From Kiritimatiellia bacterium (lineage in GTDB: Bacteria > Verrucomicrobiota > Kiritimatiellia > RFP12 > JBMNHG01), in NCBI GenBank assembly GCA_045627705.1, contig JAZQOE010000124.1:17865-81864 (forward strand): a DNA stretch of 64,000 nucleotides, in the 5' to 3' direction. This document shows, one piece after another, positions 16,929-25,985 of the stretch. Numbering within the stretch: the first letter of the stretch is position 1; each line of letters opens with the position of its first letter. Under the pieces are notes generated by a model. It was not told where the DNA came from and ran no database searches. It saw only the letters and a list, made by a program, of their open reading frames with translations. Made by a program: the position numbers and the translations under genes.

Positions 16929-19193
16929 ATGGACGACACTGCCGCGACACCGAATGCAACCACGCAAGACCTTGAATCCGCATTTCTGGAGGCAATCGCC
17001 AAGACCCCGATACCGGTCGATGAATGCTTCGCGCAACTGAAGGCGATCGCCGCCCAGAAGCCAGATGTCGCGGGAAAATGCATCATCCTCCTTCGCGACC
17101 AGTTGATCGAGTCCGGTCTTGCCGAACCTCTCGCCGAGCTTTACACGATGTGGTCCTGCTCGGCTGGCGACCGTCCGGCCGCGAAGGATTGCCTTGCGAA
17201 TCTCAAGAAAGTCACGCGCGACCGCCTCTGGAACGCCATCGCGGATTCCTGCGCCTTCGGTGCGCCGAAGGTGGATGTCTCGGAGTCGATGCGCCGCTTC
17301 AATCTTCTCCGGGCGTGCAAGCCGGGCGTGACCTGCCTCGACAAGACATGGGGCGTCGGCATAATCAGGAAGATGGACGACTTCTACAAGCGCATGACCA
17401 TCGACTTCGCTTCGAAGAAGAACAACGTTATGCCCTTTGCGATCGCGGCCGAGGCGATTTCGCTTCCCTCGCCGTCGCACATTCTCGTGCAAGTCCACAA
17501 CGACGCCGCCGGCTATGCCGCGAAGGTCAAGGATCATCCCGGGCAGGTCGTTCGCGACGCACTTGCCAGCATGGGGCAGATGACCCTCGCCCGCCTCGAG
17601 ATTTTCCTCACCGAAAACAAGATCGTCTCCAACTGGAAGTCCTTCTGGGACAAGGCCCGCAAGGAACTCAAGGACGACCCGTGCGTCGAGATTCCCGCCA
17701 AGCGCAACGATCCGCTGGTGATTCACGAGGTCGCCCCGCAGATTGGCGATGGCGCATGGTTCCAGGCGCTCGGCGCGACGCTCGACATCGAAAAGATCCT
17801 CGAGCAGATTCTCAAGCTGGAATCCGAGACCGCAGGCAAGCAGCTTTCCGGCTTCGAGAAGGAAGTCGTCGATGGCCGTCTCGCCTTCGCGCTCAAGGGC
17901 GCGCGAAACGCGGACCATGCGCTTTACGCCCGCCTGGCGATTGTCGCCGGCCGGCTTGGCCTCGAGAATCCGTCCGTCGCCGAAACGCGCGCCCAGCTTT
18001 GGGCGGACGACAACTACATCGCCGCCGGCGAAAAGCTTTCCTCCCGCGATGTCGCGCATCTCGTGGCGTTCCTTCTCGCCGATGGCGACGAAGCGGCATG
18101 CAAGCTTCTCGGCTCGATCGAGAAGATGAACTATGCGATGGCGTCCGAAGTGCTCAACCAGCTCAAGGAGCGCGGTGCCGACGATCCCGCATACTGCAGG
18201 CTCCGCGACACCGTCTGGAGCATCCTCTCGCGCTCCAATCCCCCTGCGATCATCCTGGTATGGGTGCTCCGCAACCTTTGGAGCCTCCGCGACAAGAAGA
18301 CCCTTGAAACCGTCAACGGCTGGAGGCTTCCGTCGAACTATGTGCTGCTTGGCCATGCGCTTGCGGTCTCCGAGAATCCGAATCTCACGGGCGAACTGCT
18401 CCACATGCGCAACACGATCGACAACCTTCTCTCGCCAGAGGTGAAGAAGGATGCACCCGCCGAATCGAAGAGCGCGGTCCGCGACTGGTTCAGGACCATC
18501 TTCGTGTCGCTCGCCGAAAACGAGCAGGAGGCGATTTTCGCGCATGTCCGCGGGTCGGATGCGTGGGAACCGGCGATGCAGCGCGGCATGATCGGCCGCA
18601 TGATCAAGGCGAACGAGAATCTCAAGGCGAACAAGGTCGCGAGCGAGGATGCCGCGGCAAGCCAGGCTTTGGCCGGACGCTGGACATCGCTTCGTTCCCG
18701 CAAGGAGCGCGAGATGGCGCTCGACCATCTCGTCAAGGTCGAGATACCCGAAAACGTCAAGGCGATCGAATACGGCCGTTCCCTCGGCGACTTGCGCGAG
18801 AACTTCGAGTACCAGTCCGCGAAGGACACGGAGCGCGTGCTCCACGCCCGCCGCGAAAGCTGGGAAGAGGATCTCCGCAATGTCCGCGGCACAGATTTCG
18901 CGGAAGTCGTTCCGGAGGTCGTCGGCATGGGCGCCCGCGTCACGCTCCGCTTCGAGGATGGTTCGACGCGCGTCTGCAGCGTCCTCGGCGAGTGGGACCA
19001 CGACGAAGCCCTCGCGATCTACTCCAACCTCAGCGGTCTCGCAAAGAGCATCGAGGGCAGGAAGGCCGGCGACGCGGCCGTCATTCCGACCGAGGATGGC
19101 GAGAAGGCCGTGACGATCGTGGCCGTCGAGCCGCTCGACGCGACGGTGCGCGCATGGATTGTTTCCGAGCCCGCCGCGACGGCCGCGGAATAA
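16929..19193 (+). CDS. large (754 aa) protein with a C-terminal GreA/GreB-like transcript cleavage factor domain fused to a ~600-aa N-terminal domain of unknown function
   Basis: C-terminal SLGDLRENFEYQSAKDTERVLHARRESWEEDL (GreA GDLsENAEY.AAKe motif) followed by ARVTLRFEDGSTRVCSVLGEWDHDEALAIYSNLSGLAKSIEGRKAGDAAVIPTEDGEKAVTIVAVEP, an FKBP-like Gre C-domain. Confidence 0.55.
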   Translation: MDDTAATPNATTQDLESAFLEAIAKTPIPVDECFAQLKAIAAQKPDVAGKCIILLRDQLIESGLAEPLAELYTMWSCSAGDRPAAKDCLANLKKVTRDRLWNAIADSCAFGAPKVDVSESMRRFNLLRACKPGVTCLDKTWGVGIIRKMDDFYKRMTIDFASKKNNVMPFAIAAEAISLPSPSHILVQVHNDAAGYAAKVKDHPGQVVRDALASMGQMTLARLEIFLTENKIVSNWKSFWDKARKELKDDPCVEIPAKRNDPLVIHEVAPQIGDGAWFQALGATLDIEKILEQILKLESETAGKQLSGFEKEVVDGRLAFALKGARNADHALYARLAIVAGRLGLENPSVAETRAQLWADDNYIAAGEKLSSRDVAHLVAFLLADGDEAACKLLGSIEKMNYAMASEVLNQLKERGADDPAYCRLRDTVWSILSRSNPPAIILVWVLRNLWSLRDKKTLETVNGWRLPSNYVLLGHALAVSENPNLTGELLHMRNTIDNLLSPEVKKDAPAESKSAVRDWFRTIFVSLAENEQEAIFAHVRGSDAWEPAMQRGMIGRMIKANENLKANKVASEDAAASQALAGRWTSLRSRKEREMALDHLVKVEIPENVKAIEYGRSLGDLRENFEYQSAKDTERVLHARRESWEEDLRNVRGTDFAEVVPEVVGMGARVTLRFEDGSTRVCSVLGEWDHDEALAIYSNLSGLAKSIEGRKAGDAAVIPTEDGEKAVTIVAVEPLDATVRAWIVSEPAATAAE

Positions 19194-19236
19194 CCCATTT
19201 CCTTTCACAGCTTCCGTATTCCCGCGTGTACCTTGA

Positions 19237-20163
19237 ATGCCGAATGTCCGAAATAGACGCAACCGCCGCATCTGGCGCTGCCGCGATTTCGAGTTGCATC
19301 TCGATGATGGCCCATTCCTGATGGGCATCGTCAATGCGACGCCCGACTCGTTCCATGCGGCGTCGCGCGGGGTGACGGCGAACGCCGCCGTTTCGCTTGG
19401 CGTTCGCCTTGTGTGCGAAGGCGCGGACATCATCGATGTCGGCGGGGAATCGACCCGTCCCGGCGCGCGGCACATATCGGAAGCGGAAGAAACAAGGCGT
19501 GTCGTCCCGGTCATTGCCGGCCTTCGCGAGCAAGTCGATCTCCCGATTTCCATCGATACCAGCCATGCGTCCGTGGCGCGCGCCGCGATCGAAGCTGGCG
19601 CGTCGATCGTGAACGACGTTTCCGCCGGCGCCGATCCCGAAATGGCGGAAGTCGTACGCGAATCAGGCGCGGGCTGGATACTCATGCGGTCGTGCGTACC
19701 GCCCGGCACCCCGGGCAAACCATGCGACGGCGACTTCGCCGAGGATTGCGCGCACTGCGTGGCATGCGATGCGGCGGAGTATCTTTCCGCCCGTGCCAAT
19801 GCAGCGCTTGCCGCTGGCGTCGAACGGGGCCGCATCGCGCTTGATCCTGGTGTCGGGTTCACGAATTCCGCCGAGATGGACATCCATCTCATCGCGGCTA
19901 TCGCAAAGCTTGCGAAGCTTGGATATCCCGTTCTGGCCGGGGTTTCGCGCAAGCGCTTCATCGCCGGAATCGCGGGAGATGGCGCGGCGGCGGAGGATCG
20001 TCTTGCCGGCAGCATCGCCGCCGTTCTCGCGTGCGCGCGAAGGGGTGCGCACGTGCTGCGCGTGCACGACGTGCGCGAGACGCGCCAGGCGCTGGCCGTT
20101 GACCGCGCGGTTGCCGCCGCTGAAAAAACGGCGCGCCGTTTTTCCGGGAAGGAGGCGTGTTGA
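19237..20163 (+). CDS. folP: dihydropteroate synthase
   Basis: LMGIVNATPDSFHAAS (the ILNVTPDSFSDGG motif). ADIIDVGGESTRPG. ISIDTSHASVARAAIEAGASIVNDVSAG. GVGFTNS...VSRKRFI. Confidence 0.85.
   Translation: MPNVRNRRNRRIWRCRDFELHLDDGPFLMGIVNATPDSFHAASRGVTANAAVSLGVRLVCEGADIIDVGGESTRPGARHISEAEETRRVVPVIAGLREQVDLPISIDTSHASVARAAIEAGASIVNDVSAGADPEMAEVVRESGAGWILMRSCVPPGTPGKPCDGDFAEDCAHCVACDAAEYLSARANAALAAGVERGRIALDPGVGFTNSAEMDIHLIAAIAKLAKLGYPVLAGVSRKRFIAGIAGDGAAAEDRLAGSIAAVLACARRGAHVLRVHDVRETRQALAVDRAVAAAEKTARRFSGKEAC
20123..20143. repeat. perfect 21-bp palindrome aaaaaacggcgcgccgttttt at the 3' end of folP, 22 bp before the cdaA start
   Basis: Exact self-complementary copy of the dispersed motif. Encodes EKTARRF in folP. 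Confidence 0.6.
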
Positions 20164-20165
20164 CC

Positions 20166-20993
20166 ATGCATGGTTTTATTGGAACCTTTCTTGGCGCTGC
20201 CCTGCAAATCCTGCTGATAACAGTGGCCGTCCACCAGTTGATCAGGCTCTTCCGCGGCACGCGCAGCGCACAGATATTGCTGGGTGTGGTGATAGTGCTG
20301 ATCCCCGTGCTGTTCTTCACGCAATGGCTGCACCTCGACGTCCTCGCATGGGTGTTCAAGTGGGTGCTGCTCTATCTCGTCTTTGCGCCACTGGTGATAT
20401 TCCAGCCCGAACTCCGACGCGCCCTGGCCCGTCTCGGCAGGGGAGGATTCGCGCAGGAGAGCAAGGAGAAGCGCCAGGACCGCGTGGAGCTGCTTGCCTC
20501 TGTGGCGGAGCGTCTTTCGTCGCGCCATCACGGCGCGATTATCGCGATCGAGCGCAACGACCGGCTTGGCGAATACGAATCCAACGCCACGATCATCGAC
20601 TCACCGTTGCAGCCCGACCTGCTGGTCAGCATCTTCTTCCCCAACGCCCCGCTCCATGATGGCGGCGTCATCGTCAAGGGCGACCGCATCCACGCCGCCC
20701 GATGCATCTTCCCGCTAGCCGAAAGCAACGACCCGCACCTCGTCCGCCATGGCACCCGCCACCGCGCGGCGCTCGGCCTCTGTGAGGCGACCGATGCGCT
20801 TGTGCTCGTGGTTTCCGAGGAGACGGGGGAGATCCGCATCTACTGCGAGAAGCATGCGACAAAGCCGCTCGATTCGCACAACCTGCGCCGTTGCCTGGCC
20901 GCGACGCTTCCCGCGGAGGTCACGGAGGCATGGCGCTTCCTGCTGTCGCTTGGCGTTGACGATCCGGCCGCGCTCGGGAGGGACATGCCATGA
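20166..20993 (+). CDS. cdaA: diadenylate cyclase CdaA (DisA_N domain with N-terminal TM helices)
   Basis: Three N-terminal TM helices. DisA_N motifs LHDGGVIVKGDRI and GTRHRAALGLCEATDALVLVVSEETGEI. RBS GGAGG 11 nt upstream of ATG 20166. The listed ORF starts at GTG 20157. Confidence 0.8.
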   Translation: MHGFIGTFLGAALQILLITVAVHQLIRLFRGTRSAQILLGVVIVLIPVLFFTQWLHLDVLAWVFKWVLLYLVFAPLVIFQPELRRALARLGRGGFAQESKEKRQDRVELLASVAERLSSRHHGAIIAIERNDRLGEYESNATIIDSPLQPDLLVSIFFPNAPLHDGGVIVKGDRIHAARCIFPLAESNDPHLVRHGTRHRAALGLCEATDALVLVVSEETGEIRIYCEKHATKPLDSHNLRRCLAATLPAEVTEAWRFLLSLGVDDPAALGRDMP

Positions 20994-22207
20994 AGTCCGT
21001 CACCTCTTCAATCGCGGCGTTTGCGCGCGACATGTTCGCGAAATATTCCGAATGGTTCCGGCGCGAGTGGAAGTACATCATCCTCTCCCTCGGAATCGCG
21101 ATGGCCGCGTTTTTCCTCATCCAGGGCGAAGTCATCCATTCGACGACGCTCGACGTGCCTGTCGTGATGGCGGATTATTCCGAGGGGCTTTGGCGCACGA
21201 AGGTTCCGGAGAAGAAGGACTTCGAGGCGAGTCCGGACTTGCGGACCGTCAAAGTCGAATTCCGCGGGGACGCAAACGAACTCGCCGCGCTTGGCGCCGG
21301 CGCCAACATTTCGATCAGGATTCCATATCCGTCGCAAAAGAAGCGGACGGAAGCGCTGGAAGGCGATGGCAAGGTCAAGGTCTTTCTCAGACGCAGATTC
21401 GTGGATGGCGCACGCACCCGCGACGCGCGCCCGGTCGAATTCGATCCGGACTACGTGTTCGTCACGATCGACGAATCCGAAGAGTACGAGTTCAATGTCG
21501 AGCCGGCGATAACCGGGTCTCCGGCCACGAACCATGTAGTCAATGTGAAGCGCGACATCCAGTTCGACACGATGACGGTGAAAGTGCGCGGACCCAAGTC
21601 ACGCCTCAAGCGCCTGAGCGAGGAAGGCGTCGCCCTGCGGACCGACCCCATCGACCTGGAAGGCAGGGCGCAGAATTTCGAGGCGCGCGTGAAGGTGCGC
21701 CCCCCTGTCGATGTGCCGGATGCGAAGGTCGATCCCTCCGAAGTATTCGTGAAGGTGACGGTTGGCGAAGTCCAGGGGGCGCAATCGCTGATCGGCGAGA
21801 TTTCGAATGTGCCGGTCCGCGTGACGCAGGAGACCGGTGGACTTGGAGTATCGTGGATTGCCGATCCCGCTTTCGTGATGCTCCGCGTTCGCGGGAACAC
21901 GAACAGCGTCGCGGCGATCCAGTCCGAACATTCGAAACTCTTCGCGGTCGTCCACGCGGAAAACGGCGACGATGCCAGCAAGAGCCATCGCGTCTGGACA
22001 TTCCTCCCGGAGGAATTCAAGGACACGGTCCAGATTGTAAGCGTAGTGCCGCAGTCCGTGACGCTGCGGCGAATCGAGCGGGAAGAGTCGCCCGCCGAAC
22101 CAACCGACGGCACTACGGATGCGGATGGCACCGCAAACGACGAACAGCGGCCTGCGAAGGAAGAATCCGTTGAAACACCCGCATCGCGCGAGGCGCCTGC
22201 GGAATAA
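20990..22207 (+). CDS. cdaR: CdaA regulatory protein CdaR-like (YbbR-type repeats)
   Basis: Immediately downstream of cdaA, overlapping with ATGA. One N-terminal TM, then repeated beta-rich YbbR-like segments. Call is based on synteny plus architecture. Confidence 0.55.
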   Translation: MKSVTSSIAAFARDMFAKYSEWFRREWKYIILSLGIAMAAFFLIQGEVIHSTTLDVPVVMADYSEGLWRTKVPEKKDFEASPDLRTVKVEFRGDANELAALGAGANISIRIPYPSQKKRTEALEGDGKVKVFLRRRFVDGARTRDARPVEFDPDYVFVTIDESEEYEFNVEPAITGSPATNHVVNVKRDIQFDTMTVKVRGPKSRLKRLSEEGVALRTDPIDLEGRAQNFEARVKVRPPVDVPDAKVDPSEVFVKVTVGEVQGAQSLIGEISNVPVRVTQETGGLGVSWIADPAFVMLRVRGNTNSVAAIQSEHSKLFAVVHAENGDDASKSHRVWTFLPEEFKDTVQIVSVVPQSVTLRRIEREESPAEPTDGTTDADGTANDEQRPAKEESVETPASREAPAE

Positions 22208-22220
22208 CCGCATTCCGAAA

Positions 22221-24917
22221 ATGAACACACTTTATGCAAAACGAGGCAAGGCCGCATCCATCAGGAAAACCTGGAAGATGCGCTTCCTTGGCTTCATCAT
22301 CCTCCCTTGCGTGATCCTGCCGATTCTCTCGATGGTGTTGTACGACGCCAAGGACGTTCCATGGGTGCAGGATCCACCGAACAATCCGATCAACAATCCG
22401 CTTGGCCCGGTGGGCGCCTACACGGCCTGGGTCGGCTATTTCCTTTTCGGGTTCGCATCGTGGCTGGGTCCGATCTGGATGGCGGTGTATGGTTTCATGC
22501 TCGCTTCGAGCAAGGCCGTTGGACGCCTGTTCAAGCGGCTGATCTGGTGCCTGCTTTCCATCGCCTCCGCGGCCAGCATCGTGCAATTCGCCAATTCCAG
22601 CCTTGCCGAACAGTGCAAGTCAATCGAACTCGACTCATCCGGCGGGATCATCGGCAGATTCATGATGGACGAAGTGCTTGTCCGCTTCGTTGGACCGGTC
22701 GGGGGAATCTTCATCGCGGCCGTTCTGCTGTTGCTGTCGGTTGCGATCTTCGCCGGTTTCGGCAACATCGGAATCTTCTTCAACTGGATTGGCGAAAAGT
22801 GGAGCGACGCCAGGATGCGCCGTCTCGACCAGGCGGAAAAGGATCGCATAATCGCCGAACGCGAGCGCAAGGCCGAGGAGAAGGCCGAGCGTGAACGCGA
22901 ACGCGAGGAGGCGCGGGCGGAGAAGGAACGCCTCCGCGAGGAGGCCCGCGCCGAGAAGGAGCGCATCCGCGAGGAGAAGGAACGCGAGCGCGAAGAGCGC
23001 AGGCGCGAACAGGAAGAACGCGATCGCGAGGAGCGCGAGCGTGAAGAGCGCCGCCGCGAGGAAATCATCAGGGCCGAGGAACAGCGCGCCGCGGAAGAAC
23101 GCGCCCGCGCCGAAGCCGCGGCGGAAGAGGACGACGACGAAGGCGGCCGCCTCGAATCGGATTCGATCGACATGCGGCCTCGCGACTACGAACCGGAACA
23201 GCCGGTCCAGCCCGCTCCGCGCGCCCCTGCGCCGGTCTCGGCCACGCCTGCCGCCCCCGAAGCGCCATACGAACTTCCTTCGACCCGTCTGCTCGCGCCT
23301 GTCCCGGAATCGACGGCGGTCTATGGCGATACCGACGAAAAGCAGCGTATCCTTGTCGAGACGCTCCGCGAGTTCCGTCTCGAGGTCGAGGTCACGCACG
23401 TCGAGCGCGGTCCGGTTGTGACGACCTTCGAGCTTCTTCCCGCCTCCGGCATCCGCCCCGAGCAGATTGCCGCCATGGCCAAGACCATCGAGATGCGCCT
23501 TCGCGCAACGGGCATCCGCATCGAGGCGCCAATCCCCGGCAAGGGCGTGGTCGGCGTGGAAATCCCGAACGAAAAGGCGTGCGCCGTGACTGTGCGCGAA
23601 ATCCTCGAGGGCCCAACATGGAAGGAGGCCGAGAAGAAGATGTTCCTGCCGATGCTGCTCGGCAAGGATGCGAGCGGCCACGACCTCGTCTGCGACCTCG
23701 CTTCGATCCCGCACCTTCTCATCGCCGGTGCTACGGGTTCCGGCAAATCCGTCTGCACAAACGCGATTCTCACGGGTCTCCTGATGTCGCGCACGCCAGA
23801 CCAGTTGCGCCTCATCCTCGTCGATCCGAAGGTCGTCGAATTCTCCGGCTACAATGCCATCCCGCATCTCGTCGTGCCAATCATCACCGATCCGAAGAAG
23901 GTTTCGCTCGGCCTGGTATGGGCCATCCAGGAGATGGAGAAGCGCTACCAGATTCTCGCGAAGGCCGGCGTGAAGAACATCGCGTCGTACAACGCCCGCG
24001 CCATGCAGGTCCAGCAGGACTTCTTCGACAACGGCGCCCAGCCGCCCCCGAAGCAGGAGAAGATGCCGTATATCGTGATCGTCATCGACGAACTTGCGGA
24101 CCTGATGCTCCAGGTCGGCCGCGAAATCGACGACTCCATCTCACGCCTCGCGGCAAAGGCCCGCGCTGTCGGCATACACCTCATCCTCGCGACGCAGCGA
24201 CCGACGGTGAATGTCGTCACGGGCACCATCAAGGCGAACATCGCCGGCCGCATCGCCTTCCAGGTCGCGTCACAGGTCGATAGCAAGACAATCCTCGACG
24301 GCAAGGGCGCGGAGTCGCTCATCGGCCATGGCGACATGCTCTTCCTAAATCCGCGCGCAAGCAAGGTCATCCGCGCGCAGGGCGCGTACATCGGCGACGA
24401 AGATGCCGAGGCTGTCACCAAGTTCATCCGCGCACAGGCCGCCCCGCGATACCTGCAGGAGGTCCAGGACCAGCTTGATGCCGCCGACAACGAAGAACAG
24501 CAGTCCCAGTCGCGCTATCGCCGCGGCGGCGGCCCGTCGCGCCCTGCGCCGTCATCCGGCGGCGGATCGCAGCGCACGCCGTCCGCGCAAGGCGGCGCGC
24601 CGCTTCCCGCCGACCCCGGTGACCAGGATTTCGGCGGCGACGACGCGGATGCCGACGAAATCCTCTACCAGCGCGCGCTCCAGGTCGTGCGCGAGACGCA
24701 TCGCGCATCGACATCTTCCATCCAGCGCCGCCTCCGCATCGGCTACACCCGCGCCGCGCGTCTCGTGGATCTCATGGAGGAACGCGGCATAGTCGGCCCG
24801 CCACGCGGTTCCGACCCGCGCGAAATCCTGGTCGATCTCGATGGCGAGGTGCCGAACAATGCGGCGACTGGCTTTGACGACGATAGCGCCGATGATTCCA
24901 TCGACGAAGGGAACTAA
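22221..24917 (+). CDS. ftsK: DNA translocase FtsK/SpoIIIE
   Basis: N-terminal TM helices. A long charged E/R/K-rich linker. Motor domain with LLIAGATGSGKSVCTNAIL, VDPKVVEFSGY, IVIVIDELADLM and LILATQRPTVNVVTGTIKAN. C-terminal winged-helix gamma domain (LYQRALQVVRE...SIQRRLRIGYTRAARLVDLME). Start chosen at MNTLYAKRGK. The listed ORF starts at 22119. Confidence 0.85.
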   Translation: MNTLYAKRGKAASIRKTWKMRFLGFIILPCVILPILSMVLYDAKDVPWVQDPPNNPINNPLGPVGAYTAWVGYFLFGFASWLGPIWMAVYGFMLASSKAVGRLFKRLIWCLLSIASAASIVQFANSSLAEQCKSIELDSSGGIIGRFMMDEVLVRFVGPVGGIFIAAVLLLLSVAIFAGFGNIGIFFNWIGEKWSDARMRRLDQAEKDRIIAERERKAEEKAEREREREEARAEKERLREEARAEKERIREEKEREREERRREQEERDREEREREERRREEIIRAEEQRAAEERARAEAAAEEDDDEGGRLESDSIDMRPRDYEPEQPVQPAPRAPAPVSATPAAPEAPYELPSTRLLAPVPESTAVYGDTDEKQRILVETLREFRLEVEVTHVERGPVVTTFELLPASGIRPEQIAAMAKTIEMRLRATGIRIEAPIPGKGVVGVEIPNEKACAVTVREILEGPTWKEAEKKMFLPMLLGKDASGHDLVCDLASIPHLLIAGATGSGKSVCTNAILTGLLMSRTPDQLRLILVDPKVVEFSGYNAIPHLVVPIITDPKKVSLGLVWAIQEMEKRYQILAKAGVKNIASYNARAMQVQQDFFDNGAQPPPKQEKMPYIVIVIDELADLMLQVGREIDDSISRLAAKARAVGIHLILATQRPTVNVVTGTIKANIAGRIAFQVASQVDSKTILDGKGAESLIGHGDMLFLNPRASKVIRAQGAYIGDEDAEAVTKFIRAQAAPRYLQEVQDQLDAADNEEQQSQSRYRRGGGPSRPAPSSGGGSQRTPSAQGGAPLPADPGDQDFGGDDADADEILYQRALQVVRETHRASTSSIQRRLRIGYTRAARLVDLMEERGIVGPPRGSDPREILVDLDGEVPNNAATGFDDDSADDSIDEGN

Positions 24918-24953
24918 CACACTTTCATCGCCCCAAACAGGGAGAACCACATC

Positions 24954-25979
24954 ATGTCACTTGGCGAAACACTTAGGAAGGCACGCGAGGAACGAGGGCT
25001 GTCAGTCGCCGATGTCGCGCAATCCACGCGCCTTCTGTCCCGCCAGATTTCGGCAATCGAAAACGAAGATTTCTCCGGTATCACCGCGGCAATCTACGGC
25101 AAGGGATTCATCAAGCTCTACGCGGAATGCGTGGGCGTCGATCCCGCGCCGCTTTGCGCAGAGTTCACGGAAATCTACAACGGCAGCCGCCCGCCAGTCA
25201 TCGCCCGCCGCACCATTCCGCAGACATCTCCGGTGCAGCGCCCTGTCGTGCGCACGATCCAACGCCAGCCAGTCCAGGAAACACCCGCGCCGGTTCCTCC
25301 ATCGCCTGCGCCAGTCGAAAAGCCCGTCGCAAACGCCCAGGATGAATCGGCCCGGACGGAACCAGCCGCCATCACACAGCCCGCCCCCGCCGCACAAGGG
25401 GATCAGACTGCGACATTGGGCGAGGCCGCGCCATCCCTCGGCGAACTCTTCGATGCGGCGGCGCGCACGCAGGCGGCGTCAGCGCCGGCCACTCGCGTCG
25501 CGACTCCTTCACTTCGCCAGCATGGACCGGTCACGCAACCTGCGACGACAGTCCGACCCGCCGCGGCCCCGCAACCTCCTGTCCGCCGCCGCATCCCATC
25601 GGGTGCGCCACAGCAGACTCCAGCTCCGGCGTCGCAACCAGCCGCAGCCCCGCAGCAACGGCGTCCGGCATGGAATCCCCAAAAGGCAACGCCAGCCGAC
25701 GCCACCAGGGAGAACGCGCCGCGCGAACCCTTCTTGCCCGCAAGACTCCTGTCGAACAAATGGGCTGTCGCCGGACTGTGCGCCCTCATCGCGGTACTGG
25801 TCGTTGTCGGGGCCATCGTCTCATCGAACGTCCGTACTTCTCCGGCGCAAGCGCAGCAAGGCTCGCAGGGTGTCGGCGCGGCAGACCAGGCCATGCCTTC
25901 AAATGTTCCGGATTCCGCGATGATTCCTCCCGGACTCAACGAACGCGTGGTCCCGCCGCCTTCCCCATACATGGAGTAG
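24954..25979 (+). CDS. rodZ: RodZ-like cytoskeleton protein (XRE-type HTH, Pro/Ala-rich linker, single TM)
   Basis: N-terminal LGETLRKAREERGLSVADVAQSTRLLSRQISAIENEDFSGITAAIYGKGFIKLYAECVGVD matches the RodZ N-domain. Pro-rich spacer. TM VAGLCALIAVLVVVGAIV. Confidence 0.55.
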   Translation: MSLGETLRKAREERGLSVADVAQSTRLLSRQISAIENEDFSGITAAIYGKGFIKLYAECVGVDPAPLCAEFTEIYNGSRPPVIARRTIPQTSPVQRPVVRTIQRQPVQETPAPVPPSPAPVEKPVANAQDESARTEPAAITQPAPAAQGDQTATLGEAAPSLGELFDAAARTQAASAPATRVATPSLRQHGPVTQPATTVRPAAAPQPPVRRRIPSGAPQQTPAPASQPAAAPQQRRPAWNPQKATPADATRENAPREPFLPARLLSNKWAVAGLCALIAVLVVVGAIVSSNVRTSPAQAQQGSQGVGAADQAMPSNVPDSAMIPPGLNERVVPPPSPYME

Positions 25980-25985
25980 CGCGCC

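Noticed and set aside
16857-20531. 1224-aa ORF on the minus strand spanning the GreA-fusion gene, folP and the cdaA start
   Set aside because: Antisense shadow ORF typical of high-GC DNA. Arg/Ala/Pro-rich low-complexity translation. It overlaps three well-supported plus-strand genes with clear homology.
20749-22173. 474-aa plus-strand ORF overlapping cdaA/cdaR in another frame
   Set aside because: Arg/Gly/Pro-rich frame-shadow ORF. The cdaA and cdaR frames carry the DisA_N and YbbR features.
22880-23140. ERERER / REEAR repeat stretch considered as a DNA tandem repeat or CRISPR-like array
   Set aside because: It is the in-frame coding sequence for the charged linker of FtsK. The repeats are irregular, with no spacer/repeat periodicity.
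22635-23867. 410-aa minus-strand ORF and other ORFs (22436..23173 -, 22891..23421 +) over the ftsK charged linker
   Set aside because: Low-complexity ERK/ALR repeat translations generated by the GA-rich linker-coding region of ftsK in alternative frames.
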